Shown piece by piece: positions 1-12,897 of a stretch of 38,193 bases of DNA. The notes below the pieces were generated by a model. It made no database searches. It saw only the letters and a list, made by a program, of their open reading frames with translations, and was not told where the DNA came from. The DNA comes from Phoronis australis (lineage: Eukaryota; Animalia; Phoronida). The translations under genes and the position numbers were made by a program. Location: contig NMRA01000621.1 in assembly GCA_002633005.1 (NCBI GenBank), forward strand, positions 205,824 to 244,016, read 5' to 3'. Within the stretch, counting starts at the first letter, position 1; every line of letters starts with the position of its first letter.

Positions 1-654
1 CGATGACCCATAAGTTAACCATATTATAAACATTAAGGTTGGACACTGAAATTTTGCCAAGCCTAGGCTGCCAGCTTCAACTGTTCTAAATCCAAGTAAA
101 ATCTGTGTGCACCTCCCTCAGACTGGTATTGCATAAACAGGGATATTCCTGACCACATTTCAACCAGTGTCGTTTGGGTGCCCCTGATGATAAAAAGTAT
201 GTCCTTTCAAAGAGTTGTGTCTGGCAGACTTTGTGTAATTAAGTGGTAACATACTGAGTTAGGGATTTTTGGTTTTAAACAAGGTCATTTTATAAACCCA
301 GAGTTTAAATACATTCAAAGCGAAATTAAATTATGTAAGCGACACTCAACTAGCATTCGTGGGCAGACTAAAACAAGAGCTTCGGAATTGCTTCGGCACG
401 GTTTATGAAAAATCCGGATTTGTATGAGTGATCTGCCATTAACGTCAAAAAATAACCTTGATGGGCTTCAACATTTTTGTATGTAAATCACCTCTCGAAG
501 GCAGTTTTAATATGATAAAGTGAAAGAAGGTATTCCAAAAATTGTTTGGTGTTGATTTCGTTTAGTTCCATGTACATTTGAGTAGAAAATACTGAGCAAA
601 CCAATTTTTAAAGTCCAACCTTTATGTTTTAATATGTAGCCTCATTGTTGATCG
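1..654. repeat. Imperfect ~55-bp inverted repeat (1-56 / 602-654), probably part of a DNA-transposon relic
   Basis: The reverse complement of tattataaacattaaggttggac aligns with gtccaacctttatgttttaata at ~613-634, and similarity extends to both sides. Confidence 0.45.
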
Positions 655-1518
655 AGGAACAGATAAACTCAAGTGTCTGGTTGATATTTGCCAGTTTCAC
701 GCCTCTTTGATTGAATTTTTTTGCTGATTTGCATAACTCTTTTTAAGGATTTCTCCATAAAATTAGTTAAGTTCAGAGTTTACATAGCTGATCTAGGGAT
801 GAAGTGAACTTGAAAATTTGCTTCTATAGCCGGTTTCTCAAATGCAAAGTTGCTTTTCTTAAGTTTGAATTCGACCTCCGAAACTGTGCTGTGGGGCTTT
901 AAAGATGGTTATGAAGCTCCATCTATTTTTATATGCCCATTTTACATGTTCTATCTCATTTTAGTTGTCTTACAACGAAACTCCAAATGCCCAAACATAA
1001 AAATCCAAAACAATGCAGGCTATTGGTTATCTCATGAAACGTAAACAATCCCCGTTTTGTTGCTGTGTTTACTCCTTGTACACGCGCGGCATCCTTCAAT
1101 AGAAGGGGCACTCAGCCTCATCTCCAAGCCTCAAGATGGTGCTGATCAGTTAAGCCATTTGAGGCTTGGTAATGGGAAATGAAGTGTGTCAGAATTTTCA
1201 CAGAAATTGTCAGAATGTCACAAGTAATTTGAAAATTTTCTGCAGTTTTATATAAAAATAAAACTAATGGTATATTGTAGCAATTTAGATCTAAATTATT
1301 GCAAAAATTATGTATTTTGTTTCAAAAACACATTAATACTTACTATTCATAAATAAGAATTGAAAAATAAGTACAACTTTTACTTCAGACAATAACTAAA
1401 ACAATGCCTTCTGTCGCATGTATGGCTGCAATGTGAAAATAATTACCATCTGTCTTTGTTCAATGACGTCAAGGCATCGGTCAATCACTGTGCAGAANTA
1501 AACGCTTTAAGTTAGTTC

Positions 1519-1909
1519 ACAATTAAGTTTCTGCAATATCTTAACTGTGGGCACAATTCAGCCTTGATTCATGATTAGTCAACTTTATGATTATAAAATG
1601 GAAATTGCGAGGTGTATTCAACTTCCATTTTATTTCCGCACTCTTCATGAGGATTTACAAACTCACGAACGACTATTAATTAGTTATCTACTTGTCCACT
1701 TAATGGTACTAAAATAGATGATCTGTTGCAAACCAATGGAAATCTTAGCATCATTTCAAATGTTTACTCGACGTTTACAAGTACCGGTGACAATATCATA
1801 TTCCTCCAGTACAGTTCACTATTAATAATATCTCAGCTGGCGCTGAAAAAAATTGCCTCTTTTTCTTAACAATGTGGGTTCATTTACATGTACATGTATG
1901 TCACAAAGT

Positions 1910-1956
<47 letters not shown>

Positions 1957-2641
1957 GCGCGCGCACGCGCGCGTGTGTGTATAGAGTTGAAGCATGATAG
2001 CCAAATCAACCAAGTAGTTTCTTACAGCTATTTCCCCCCAAAACGCACGTGCAATTACTTGCTATTTTCAAAGCCCAGTGGCCATTTAGGANACAATTAA
2101 GTTTCTGCAATATCTTAACTGTGGGCACAATTCAGCCTTGATTCATGACTTGTCAACTTTATGATTATGAAATGGAAATTGCGAGGTGTATTCAACTTCC
2201 ATTTTATTTCCGCACTCTTCATGAGGATTTACAAACTCACGAACGACTATTAATTAGTTATCTACTTGTCCACTTAATGGTACTAAAATAGATTATCTGT
2301 TGCAAACCAATGGAAATCTTAGCATCATTTCAAATGTTTACTCGACGTTTACAAGTACCGGTGACAATATCATATTCCTCCAGTACAGTTCTCTATTAAT
2401 AATATCTCAGCTGGCGCTGAAAAAAATTGCCTCTTTTTCTTAACAATGTGTGTTCATTTACATGTATGTCACAAAGTTGTGTGTGTGTGTGTGTGTGTGT
2501 GCGTGTGCGCGCGCACGCGCGCGTGTGTGTATAGAGTTGAAGCATGATAACCAAATGAACCAAGTAGTTTCTTACAGCTATTTCCCCCAAAAACGCACGT
2601 GCAATTACTTGCTGTTTTCAAAGCCGAGTGGCCATTTAGGA
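1519..2641 (+). repeat. Near-identical direct duplication 1519-2091 / 2093-2641 flanking N2092 (likely two haplotypes)
   Basis: Copies differ by a few SNPs, (TG)n length and a 6-bp TACATG indel; the junction is exactly the N. Confidence 0.9.
1910..1983. repeat. Compound (TG)n/(CG)n microsatellite; second copy at 2478-2533
   Basis: 74 bp of unbroken purine-pyrimidine alternation. Confidence 0.95.
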
Positions 2642-3794
2642 AAGCAACGTTAGCAGAATATAATTGTAATCATTCGATAACACTAAAACGGACATCAATC
2701 ACTGAATAAAAAGTTAAAAAACCAATTTAGGCAAGCTGCAGGAATGCAGACCCACTCAGCTGTCTAACAGTTTTTTGTATTTCTGAAAATGTTCAAAGAC
2801 GTCTTGCACGGAAGTCTGTTGACTTTTTACATGTCTTCCTGATAGTAAATGAATTACAGCTTAGGGCCTCGTGCAAAAACGAGGCCTCATCTCGTCCAAA
2901 CGGTTGCTACCCAAAAGATATAACGACGAAGGTGGAGGAACAACCCATTAAACTAAAAACATGGGCGCACTAGGGGAGAGGCTCGAACGAGCCCCCCATG
3001 TGGCGAATTGGGCAAAAAGGTTCGCCTCAGTGAAACAAAAAGTCCTGTTAAACAAGACAAAAGTGTCCACAAAATCCAGGGGATGTCAACGCGGACGCAC
3101 AATTCGTGGGCCTAAACCTAGTGGCTCCGTTATTTTTAGTCCACGATGATTTCTTCCAGTAAAAGGTACGCATATCGAAAGAATCTAGCGCCCCTATATT
3201 TTAGGCAGGGTGAACGCATGAAAAAAGCTGTGACTTTGGGCTTCTCACAAAATAGGACACCCAAATCCTAATCACAGGTTACCTCAAGTCTTGACGACAC
3301 TGAGATGGGAGGGGCAGTAGGAAAATTAGGGCGACTAGACGACTTGAAAATTGTGACAACTTGGGTTCCTCAGCAATTATGGAGACTGGGGGGAGGGGCA
3401 GTACCGCACAGGTACGGGGTGGGACAGGGGCGACGGCCCTAGGCATCCCATTAGGAGGGGAGGGACATCTAGTCACTATGCATGGATTTTTTTGGAATTG
3501 TGATTTATTTGTAGTTACCGGTATACTGATTAAAGTTTCTATTTTATATTTCCTCTTTTTTACCCCTGTTAGTACTACAGTCCATGCATTTCAGTAGAGA
3601 GAGGTGCATCCAACATGACATCGCCCCGGGGCATCATCAAACTTTTGAAGGCTACTGGGTAGAGATTAGTTTGAAAATTGTAGTTAAAAGGTATTACAAG
3701 AGCCCTCAGACTTTCTACAGCTTTGGGTTCCCGACAAATTTGAATCCGAGACTGATTTCTTTTCTTATTATATAGGGTGATTTATTTGTATCAT

Positions 3795-4664
3795 AAAATA
3801 GCCACTAGATGGCGCAAAAACATACAATCCATCCAAAAACAGGAACATGCCGTATTTCATAAAAACTGTCAAGGAACTTCAGAGAAACAAAGGAAAACCG
3901 AATAAAATGAAGTTGCCACTAGTGGGCACAGTGTCCGTTGGATCCGCTTTTGAAGATACTGAGTTGAACGTAAAAAACTAAAATTGTCACTAGGGGGCAC
4001 AGCAGTAGTCAGATCTGTCGAAAGTCGTCGTCATCCGTAGTCAACATCATATAAATACACTTCCTTAATTAAGTAAAGATCCTGCGAACGGTTTAGGAGA
4101 TACAGCCATAGGCGCAACAAAAACAAAACTACCACTGGGAGGCGCCACAGTAGTCAGGATCGTTGGAAAATCATCGTCAACTGTCCTCTTTATAGTAACC
4201 ACATATATGCCAATTTTCAAAACCATCCTTTGAGCGGTTTGGTTGATAGAGGGGTGGACACAAAAGACAGACTCGAAAACAGTAAAAATGGTCACTAGGT
4301 GGCGCAAACTACGTCGAATCCTTCCGAAAACGAAAGGATAGCGTTATCTTACTAATAGGTAGCTACATATTAAATTTCATGAAAATCCGTTCAGGACGTT
4401 TGAAGATACAAAGGTAAGCGTAAAAAACTAAAATTGCCACTACGGGGCACACTGGTAGTCGGATCCGTCCGAAAGTTCGCTCATGCTGTCTCATTTATGA
4501 ATGAAACACGTGTGCTAAATTTCATGAACGTATGTCAAAGGGTTTTGGAGATAGAGCAGCGGACGTCGGACGGACGCCGCCCGGACGGACGGACGGACGG
4601 ACGGACGGACGGCCGGAGATGACGGCATAATGTGTCCACACATAAATATGTGGGTGCGTAAAAA
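3795..4664 (+). mobile_element. Non-autonomous Helentron/HINE-like element with CTCF-like core repeats
   Basis: Internal subrepeats beginning GCCACTAGRKGGCRC, a (GGAC)n microsatellite at ~4585-4610, and a 3' hairpin CCACACATAAATATGTGG followed by gcgtaaaaa. Homologous to the copies at 25856, 27966 and 36660. Confidence 0.7.
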
Positions 4665-4729
4665 GTGAGCGCTATGTTTTTTTTCAGAAATATAGCATAA
4701 AACAGTGTGAGACGTACAGTGTAGCTTAC

Positions 4730-4846
4730 CTCTAACGACGACGTAATACGTAATCCCAGAGTTGAGATTAAGGCTATTTGCTATCACACTTTGTGATTCA
4801 CCGACGTCCACGAAGTTGCGAACATCCTCGTCGCCTGGCGATGTAC
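4730..4846 (-). CDS. Exon 14: FN3-like repeat (gene continues beyond)
   Basis: ttctctttaAG|GT...AGAG|GTAAG, 117 nt, phase 1-1. GTSPGDEDVRNFVDVGESQSVIANSLNLNSGITYYVVVR continues exon 13's YAI-G. Confidence 0.88.
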
Positions 4847-5783
4847 CTTAAAGAGAAACTCGAGCTCACAACTTTAAAATTCTTGTGTAAGAAAACTGAA
4901 AAATAATTGTCCTTAAAACGGTAGAGAATTACGGCATTTCGAATAGGCGACTAACAACTAGTAGGCAACTTCACGATCAAGCTGTATTTCACAACCTCGG
5001 GAAATTTTCATGGTATTAAACTTCCCGCACCAACTTCGAGTAAAACGCCAGAAACACTGAACCACTGAACCATGAGTACGAACCAGTTATAAACTGTAAG
5101 GAAAGCATGATGTACGCAGACCACACAATTCCCTATTTCAGTTTGAATAGTTTGCACAAATAATTTGATGTTTGAATCTGATTTTTGATGTGATGATTGA
5201 TTTTACGTCTCGTAAATTGATGCATGCGATGTTCAGTTCTTCAAAGCTAGTACATGTATGTGTAATTAAGCTAACGTACATGCAGGACCCTATTAAAATG
5301 ACACAACTTTGCCTAATTTACCAGAACCATATCTTAGAAAAGGCTGATCCGACTCATACGAAACTTTCAGGTACCATGTTTGATGCCCTATTCTCAAAAA
5401 CGTGTTTTTAAAATGTCCCATTTTTGCATATGAGGGGCCATCAGTAAACGAAACTTTTGTGATTTTCAAGTAAACATTTTCAATTTGCATGAAAAGAAAC
5501 GAAATGATATTCCAGAAAACTGTATTTGTACGGCGTTTTTGATTTCTCACTTTCAACTGTTCATAGGAAATGAAACTTGATCATGTTATAGATAGCATTG
5601 TTTTGCTCTCATGGTGCCCCTGTTTTGGCTAAATATTAATAAAAAGACATTGTCATGTGACGCAACTGATTGGTAAAAGGTATAAATCAAGTTTTACACA
5701 TTATCTACTTTCATTGAAGTATATACTGTTACTAAGTTAAAAAATCGATGGCTTTCTCGATATGCTACTAATAAGTTCATATT

Positions 5784-6710
5784 AACTCGTCGTTTTCTCT
5801 ATTCCTTAGACAGCATCAGGGTACAAATAATCAGACATCGATTGTCGACATACGAGTCAGGTAACATCCATGAAATAAAATGAGTGCAACGAATGGGAGG
5901 AAATTGTAAACAGGTCACCACCATGATAGCTTTAGGTTCACAGAGTTCTGTATGTTATTCAGAGAGCCAGCAGCATGTTGGCCCTGAATGGCCAGTGACT
6001 CTTTAATGTAGAGTAATTACTTTACAGGTTCTTTACACACTGTACTGAATGAATTAGCTTGGTGATTATTACTGACACAATGTCTATTGACGTTGGTTTT
6101 GTGTGAGGAGTGGTTTTTTCTCAATATGTCACAGAGGCGTCTCAGTTTGAGTCCCATATAGAATAGACCCTTGCGTAATGTCGACTAACAAACAATAAGT
6201 TTTACCCGGCAACGTGTTTGTCGGGTAAAATGGCGGCTTGGAAATGAAGGTGCGTCAAGAATGATGAGTTCTAAGGGGTCAGTTAAGCCACCACTCAAAA
6301 TCCTGGCGATAGCTAAATTCATAACAATTATCACATTCAACCTAATACAATATTGCTATTGTTTAACAAAGTATGAAATGACTTCTGTTTACAGAGCATA
6401 TTGGATACTTTACAAAGGGTTTGAAAACCACTTTCATATAAACGGCATAGACCCTGTGCAATGTAAAAGACGCAATAATTGACGTTTCAACTTCAGACTA
6501 CTGGGCATAGTGTAATCAAGAGAAAAGAAACATTCTTTTACATGCATAGCTCTGTGACCTAACGGCTATGGTGATGACGTGTCAACTATTTCCTGTCATT
6601 GTTATTGCACTCATTTCACTTCATGTATGTAACCTGACTCGTATGTCGACACTTGACGTCTGATTGTTTGTATCCTGATGATGGCTAAAGAATAAACGAA
6701 ATGGCGAATT
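5784..6710. repeat. Long inverted repeat (arms ~5784-5957 and ~6538-6710) with degenerate hammerhead-like cores; probable Penelope pseudo-LTR relics
   Basis: gtcgacatacgagtcagg (left arm) is the exact reverse complement of cctgactcgtatgtcgac (right arm). Similarity runs ~175 bp; CTGATGA...GAAA at 6675-6701. Confidence 0.75.
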
Positions 6711-6948
6711 TTCATTTGTACGGCGATTGTCCCTTTTTGGGATTTTAATGCCGATAAGGCCCTGCATAACAGTGTCTTGTGTACGAGCACTGGTCCATCA
6801 AACCCCTCAGGTCAACTGTAAATGAAGCACTTACCTTGCAAACCTCTACTGACATGTTGCACATTACAGAAAGTAGCCTACATGTCCTTTGGTGTTTACA
6901 CCGACTGCAATTCAGTAATGATTAGATGAAGGTGGGGTGAGAATTTAC

Positions 6949-7732
6949 CTATTGCGTATTGAAAATTCTTTATTCCCGTGGAATGAAACATGCTGTCTCC
7001 CGCAATCTCTTCCAAATCAGTGAATCCTGACCACGTGATGAACAACTCCTTGTTACTGTAAGTAAATCCCTCATTCACTGTGTTCACTTTCACAGTTCCC
7101 GGTCTTGGTGCGGTCGTGTCTACAATATAACCGTTGCTGCACATGCGTAGCTCTGGAAGCCTCTCTTTGGATTTCTCGCGCACGATTTCAGCTTCATCAC
7201 TATGTACACACGTGAAATACTTTTTCCCGTGCTTCAGACTGAGACCAGTAAAAGTCACGAAGTTGTTGGCGGTGTTGATTGTGTTGCCTATGCATTCTTT
7301 CATTCCAAACGCGCAACCAAAAGGCATTTGCATGGTTGCGTTAGTAGCATTAACTGGATGATTCGTTAAATTATAAGACCAGCGAATGTAGTGACGAAGA
7401 GCTCCAGGTGTGTCAGTGATGTACCAGTGATAAGCTGGATATTGTAACCCTGTTATAGCAGCTGAAACGTTGGTAGTATCTGTGACGTAGTCGACGTCAA
7501 GAGAGTGCAGAAGACGTACCTTTTCTCCAAGCTTGTGGCTGTTGATAATTTGTTTTACACCACTGAGGTTGTTGAGGTCGAAAACATAATGACCTTCGTC
7601 AATTCCAGTGTCACCAATTTCGAAAGATAGCCGTGCTGACGAGACGGCAAATTTACCAAGCGGGTTGTACCCCTTCACTGCGAAATAAAGTGGCTTCAAA
7701 GCTCTGTGCTTCACATTCACTTGAAATGACAC
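6949..7732 (-). CDS. Exon 13: FN3-like repeats
   Basis: cacccacAG|GTG...ATAG|GTAAA, 784 nt, phase 0-1; lies within the 282-aa ORF 6896..7744. Confidence 0.9.
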
Positions 7733-7904
7733 CTGTGGGTGCAAGGGAAGAATGAAAACATGTACACTACTTCATCATTACAAGCACCTCGTATGCTATA
7801 TAACTTCAAGTACAATGTACATGTAAATGACACGAGACACAGCACAAGAAACACATTTTACTTTAATGGCCGTCAGTAAGAAACAAATAAAATTGTCTAC
7901 AAAC

Positions 7905-9043
7905 CTGTATTTTAGTCTTGTGGTTTGACAGTGAAGTATTATTCCACGGGGTGATGGATGCCTTTCCGTTAGGTTCCGATGTCAAAGCCCATTTATAGTC
8001 ATAGGCCTTGTGCTGGAGTGTTCCTTCTGTTATTGAAAACGGGTACCATTCAGCTTCAATTGCAAGTATTAAACTCTCACCAACTTTCGTTACAGATTTT
8101 ACAGCAGCAAATATGCTGGTTGGTTCTACATTTTCGCTGTACACTAGGACGCCTCTAGATGAAACTGCGGGTAAACAGATTTCTTGTAAGCACATGGCAA
8201 CTGTGATGCGATATCTTTTACCATTGTCGAGTCGAAGATTCCCAAATACGAACTTGTTCACCCGTCCAACATTTAAATTAGACGCTACTGCGCCTGCCTC
8301 CTTGCAAGAGACAATGTTCGCCTTTTGCCTACAATCATCTTCCACTATGGAGACAGAGTAATGGGTGAATATTGATTCCATGTCACCGTTGCAGCGCCAC
8401 CACCCGGAAAGATGGACGCGTGAACTTTGATATGAAAGCTCACTCAAGCATAAAGTCAAATTGTTACAACCCGGACCATCAAAGACCTCCAGTCTAGAAC
8501 GATGAGCAAACTGTCCGATAATGTTCATACCATCTGATGCCGCAATCACTTCGCCTATGGTATTAGTGGCTTTGACTATAAAATATATCTTCCTGTCTTC
8601 CAAAGAAAGGGTGGTGAAACAGTGCCAGAACGAGGAGCTGGCAACCATGAATTGTACGATGTCGTCGACAGAAGGCGTAGTTCCCAGGGCAACTTGATAT
8701 GTAACTATATCTCTATGGTGTTTAAACCCACTCCATTTTCCACACACAGTGGAATTGCTTAATTGGAAATCAATATCAGATCCAGTACCATCCTTGGCGT
8801 TGTTATCGATGTCATACACAATTCCTGTCGATGGCTTTGTGGTTGTTGTAAGTCGAAATGCTCGAGATCTTACGATGGTAGACAGGCGAGCTGAGTTGAA
8901 CACTTCGACGGCAAATACATACTCCTTGTCAGCCTCGTTATCGTGGTTAGTGAGACTTTGGAGAGAGAAGCTTGCTGTGTAGTTTCCTGTGCGTGACTGG
9001 ATTGTTTTGAACTTAGCAACCTCTTGAATGTCGTGTGTTGTTC
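7905..9043 (-). CDS. Exon 12: FN3-like repeats
   Basis: tttgttttAG|GA...ATACAG|GTTTG, 1139 nt, phase 1-0; lies within the 451-aa ORF 7863..9218. Confidence 0.9.
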
Positions 9044-9432
9044 CTAAAACAAAAAACAATGCACATCTTTGATGACGCTTTTTTAGGTTCGATCTGGATT
9101 CGTTCACACGTAGAACGCCTTTATCGCTATTCCAAAAAAAAATACAATGACATTTGGGCCACCTCGAAATCCAGCTACAGACTGCTGGTATGGCAGTTGG
9201 CCGAATTATGTTGCACACCCAGGAAAATTAACGAGAAGCATAAAATGGTAATATTATACATAAGGTTTAGGCTATAAAAAGTCCCATTTCTTAACCACGG
9301 GTAGTTTTCATAAACAATTCAAATATGTTATTGAAAATTGTCACAACCATGACTTAAGACAAATCAAAATGGTTTGAGCTGGAGGCCATGGTAAAATTGC
9401 TTTATAACGAATTATCGTGAGCATGCGCTTAC

Positions 9433-10079
9433 CTAACGCCCATTTAAAGATTGATATTGGACTTTCATCTTCACTGTCAGTAAAATCAGAGGAAGACCAG
9501 TTGAGAGTCACATTCTCGGCTCCCATTTCTGAAACCAAGACTCTTGACGTGGCTGGGGGTGTCTGGTCTATAACAAATGGTCCTATGACATTGACTGTTT
9601 CCAAGTCAGCTTTATTGATAGCTTTAATCATCACAAAGACGCGTGAAGCTTGGCCGAATCCAGTGTGGAGTTTTTTAAAGTGTGCCTTCATGTTCGTGGA
9701 CTGGTAACCAACAATGTCTGGTCTTGCTTTGTTGCTGGGGTTTGACGCAAATCCTACTTTATAATCACGTATTTGACTCTCAGTTTCATTAAACATCCAC
9801 GAAAGTTCAAGTGAATCTTTGTGGTGATATATGGGAGGCCGTTTGTTGGTGAATATACCATGGGGAACTTTATAACTAACAAACGCTGGAGGAGTCTTGT
9901 CTACAGTGACGCCATCACTACATGACGGCACTGACGGAGTTATCGCATTGTTGATGGCGATGACGCTCACAAAGTAACTTGTCAAGTTAGTTGTCAGTCG
10001 GCCAGTAGTTGTGTCCGTTGTCTTTGTTCCGTTGGAGTAAAGTTCATCTGTAGTCCAACAGCGATCAGCAATAGCGTAC
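9433..10079 (-). CDS. Exon 11: FN3-like repeats
   Basis: ttcttcAG|G TAC...TTAG|GTAAG, 647 nt, phase 2-1. YFVSVIAINNA...SDGVTVDKTPP...DQTPP...FKWAL. Confidence 0.88.
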
Positions 10080-11529
10080 CTGAAGAACAAATGTATTATC
10101 TGCCAGGCTGTGATTCTGAATTACGAAATTTTTTCCATCTTTTGTGGCATTTTTTGTTGTCAACGAACTTGATAAAACGCCCACTTACTTGAAAACATCT
10201 CAAAAAGCAACACCTGAGGCACTTGTCAGAGCACTGATTCTCAAAAACTAACGTTTTCAGGAAGTATGTGCATTGATGTTACAGGAATAGTACTTTATTT
10301 GCACTGCACACGAAATATTGGCCTCGTGCATTTCTTAAAATTGCATAGGTCATCTTCAGAAATTATAGAGTGATTAAAATTTCAGGAACTCAACCAATTT
10401 GACAGTACTTGTTAATACACGCGGCGATTCAACGTCATTCGTTGCTCTTTTACTTCTGCCTTTGCTGTTTAGCCGCAAGAGATAAGATTAAGTGGATTAT
10501 TTGAACACACCTCTGTGTGATGTAATTACATATCTACGCCTTCGCCTGCCGAACTATTAATCAACTCTCACAAGATACAGCCAGCTCGCTTTTGCTAAGG
10601 TTCTTGAGGAATGACCGCAGGTGCTTTCCAGTATGGCGCTTCTTCTCAATTTAGAGTCAGGGGTGACGTGTTGACTGTTGAGGCAAAAGGCCACGACTCA
10701 AAATAATGGATATAGTCCTAACTCATCTTTCCTCAAAAGTATATTGTGGGCGTAAACGATCACACGGTTTATAGAACAGAACGAAAGCCAGAAAGGTGAA
10801 GTCCCAAAATGGATGACCTAAGCAAGGGGGTGGACCATAAGGGCTGGGGCGCTACAGCCCCCACTTACTTCATTGCTGCAGAGCCCTTATTAAGCAGTGG
10901 TTCCTTGTCTCTGAAAGGCTACTTTAGCTTTGAATGCTCATGGTGCATTTCATTTCCAATCAGGACATAATGGAAGTCACAAAATTATGTGTCACTAATT
11001 CTTCTAGGAGTCTTCTTTGACGCGATAGCATTTGATTTCTCTCAGGAAATGAAATTAAAAGGTCACTTGACATAGACAAGAAGCCACCCAATTTTAATAA
11101 GATGGCATACCGCCTCAAAAAAGGATTATTTTCCGTGGATCAAAAAGGTACACCTATTTTCTGATTTTGCTCAGCAAATCTTTATGCCAACCAGAAACTT
11201 TGCAGGTGCCCCTAACAGTCTTCCAAACATGTTTTAAGTTAAGCTGCAATAGGGATTCCGCACTTCTTAAATCAGTCGGTTTGTGACTTTCGTTTCGTGA
11301 CTAGCGAATTTGCGTAAAACCATATTCTGTCACTGCAAGACAAAATTCCTTAGATATATTTCAAATTGTCCAGAATCTCCTAATGAATAACTACGTGTTC
11401 TTGCTCCAAATGTTCTAGAAATCAAGCGGAAAAAACAAACGGTAAATTCAACTAGCTGAATCGTTTAGATTGTACGGTGGCCCGAAAATATCATCGCTAC
11501 TTTTGTTTAAATATTTTTTCATTTTTCAT

Positions 11530-11826
11530 TTTCCACCTAGGTGGAAATAATTCAACCTAGGTGGAAACTATTTTCACCTGGTTGGAAACTATTTTCACCT
11601 GGGTGGAAACTATTTTCACCTGGGAGGAAACTATTTTCACCTGGGTGGAAACTATTTTCACCCGGGTGGAAACTATTTCAACCTAGGTGGAAATTATTTC
11701 AACCTAGGTGGAAATTATTTCCACCCGGGTGGAAACTATTTCAACCTAGGTGGAAATTATTTTCACCCGGGTGGAAACTATTTCAACCTAGGTGGAAATT
11801 ATTTTCACCCGGGTGGAAATTATTTC
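11530..11826. repeat. 21-bp palindromic minisatellite, ~14 units, truncated by N11827
   Basis: Unit TTTTCACCYRGGTGGAAACTA; the first unit tttccacctaggtggaaa is a perfect 18-bp palindrome. Confidence 0.95.
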
Positions 11827-11995
11827 NACACACATCGTGATTTTTGATACAGATCATTCAAAACATCAAAACATGATTACCCCATCCTAAATTAATTCTA
11901 TTCTCAACATATCGTAACATACACTACTACGAACTATGTACATCAATTTCCAACAAGGAACTCCGATCAACTCATGGAAACATGAATGTGCTTAC

Positions 11996-12280
11996 ATTTA
12001 AGCCAAAATGTCGAACCAGTGCGGCACCATCTCCATGTTTTGTGTCCCCGCCAGGTGTCACACCAAGTCTGTAGTACACTCTCCTAACACCACTGTGCTC
12101 GTCGCGTGCTCGGAACACCAGTTTCATTTTGTGCAGTTCGTGTGAATCATGTACGAATACTCGAATGTGTCCATCTTTAATAAGCCACATATCCCACAGT
12201 TCCGGTGGGGAAGAGTCGATGTTCACTACTCGCTGGTCAACAAGCCGGTTTTCCATTATGTCCGTTGCTTGAATCCATAC
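11996..12280 (-). CDS. Exon 10: FN3-like repeat
   Basis: gatttAG|GTA...TTAAAT|GTAAG, 285 nt, phase 0-0. VWIQATDIMENRLVDQRVVNIDSSPP...DEHSGV...LGVTPGGD. Confidence 0.87.
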
Positions 12281-12897
12281 CTAAATCACCAAGTAAATAG
12301 AAATGCAATCGACCGTCAGTCATATATGGCCCTTCTTGTTCCATCCAAAAGAATACGTTCCTGTAAAGAGCTATTAACTGAAAACACAGTTGTACTTTCT
12401 GTTGGACAAATTGGTATTAACTCGCTCGTACTCTGTATACAATTTCCAGGAGAACGTTTTATTACACCGGAAACCATTGTGCAGAGCATGGGCGCACCTA
12501 GCCTTAAATGGAGGGGCTAGAATTATTGGGAATGTGGATTTTTTACTAAAACCCACCGAATTCTTTCTGAGCAATGAGTTTTGCATTAGCCAAATTTTGG
12601 TAGTTTCTGCCTTTAAGTGAGCTTTTCTCTCATTTTCTACCTTTTTCCGGAGTTTCTTTTTTCTCTGAAGCAGTTCTTTTTGCCTACTTTGCCCCCGAGC
12701 TCCCCTGGGTGCACACACGGAGTGATTATCAGGGATTGTGTAGCAAGCTGGCGAACAGAAAGTGTTTTGAATAAGTTAAGGAAGGGCTGCCACCGAACTA
12801 CTATCGTAAAAACTCTACAAGGCATACGGCAAAGCTTTAGCTTCTGCAGCTCAATAGCCAATAAAGCAGGCAACTGTGATTATAGAGATTAATTCAC

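Noticed and set aside
1822-2653. HTHT/VCVC ORFs
   Set aside because: Translations of dinucleotide microsatellites.
2865-3125. Short GC hairpins followed by CTCGT/CTAGT, resembling Helitron 3' ends
   Set aside because: No 5' end or second copy is visible, and the stems are too short to exclude chance.
3387-3430. G-run cluster (possible G-quadruplex)
   Set aside because: Irregular loops and probably MITE debris; no supporting context.
6829-6840. Strong donor-like AAG|GTAAGT on the minus strand
   Set aside because: The exon 13 frame stops at 6896 before reaching it, and 6949 already joins exon 14 in frame.
7134-9707. Plus-strand ORFs 7134, 8008, 8749, 9035 and 9417
   Set aside because: Antisense shadows of real minus-strand exons or their flanks.
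11541-11840. 99-aa ORF of SPGWKLF/QPRWKLF heptads
   Set aside because: By-product of a 21-bp minisatellite; no ATG, antisense and intronic, and it crosses an N.
12290-12873. Lys-rich intronic ORFs and a J-domain-like LLDGTRRAIYD string
   Set aside because: Interrupted by stops, no HPD motif, no usable splice sites, and exons 9 and 10 join without them.
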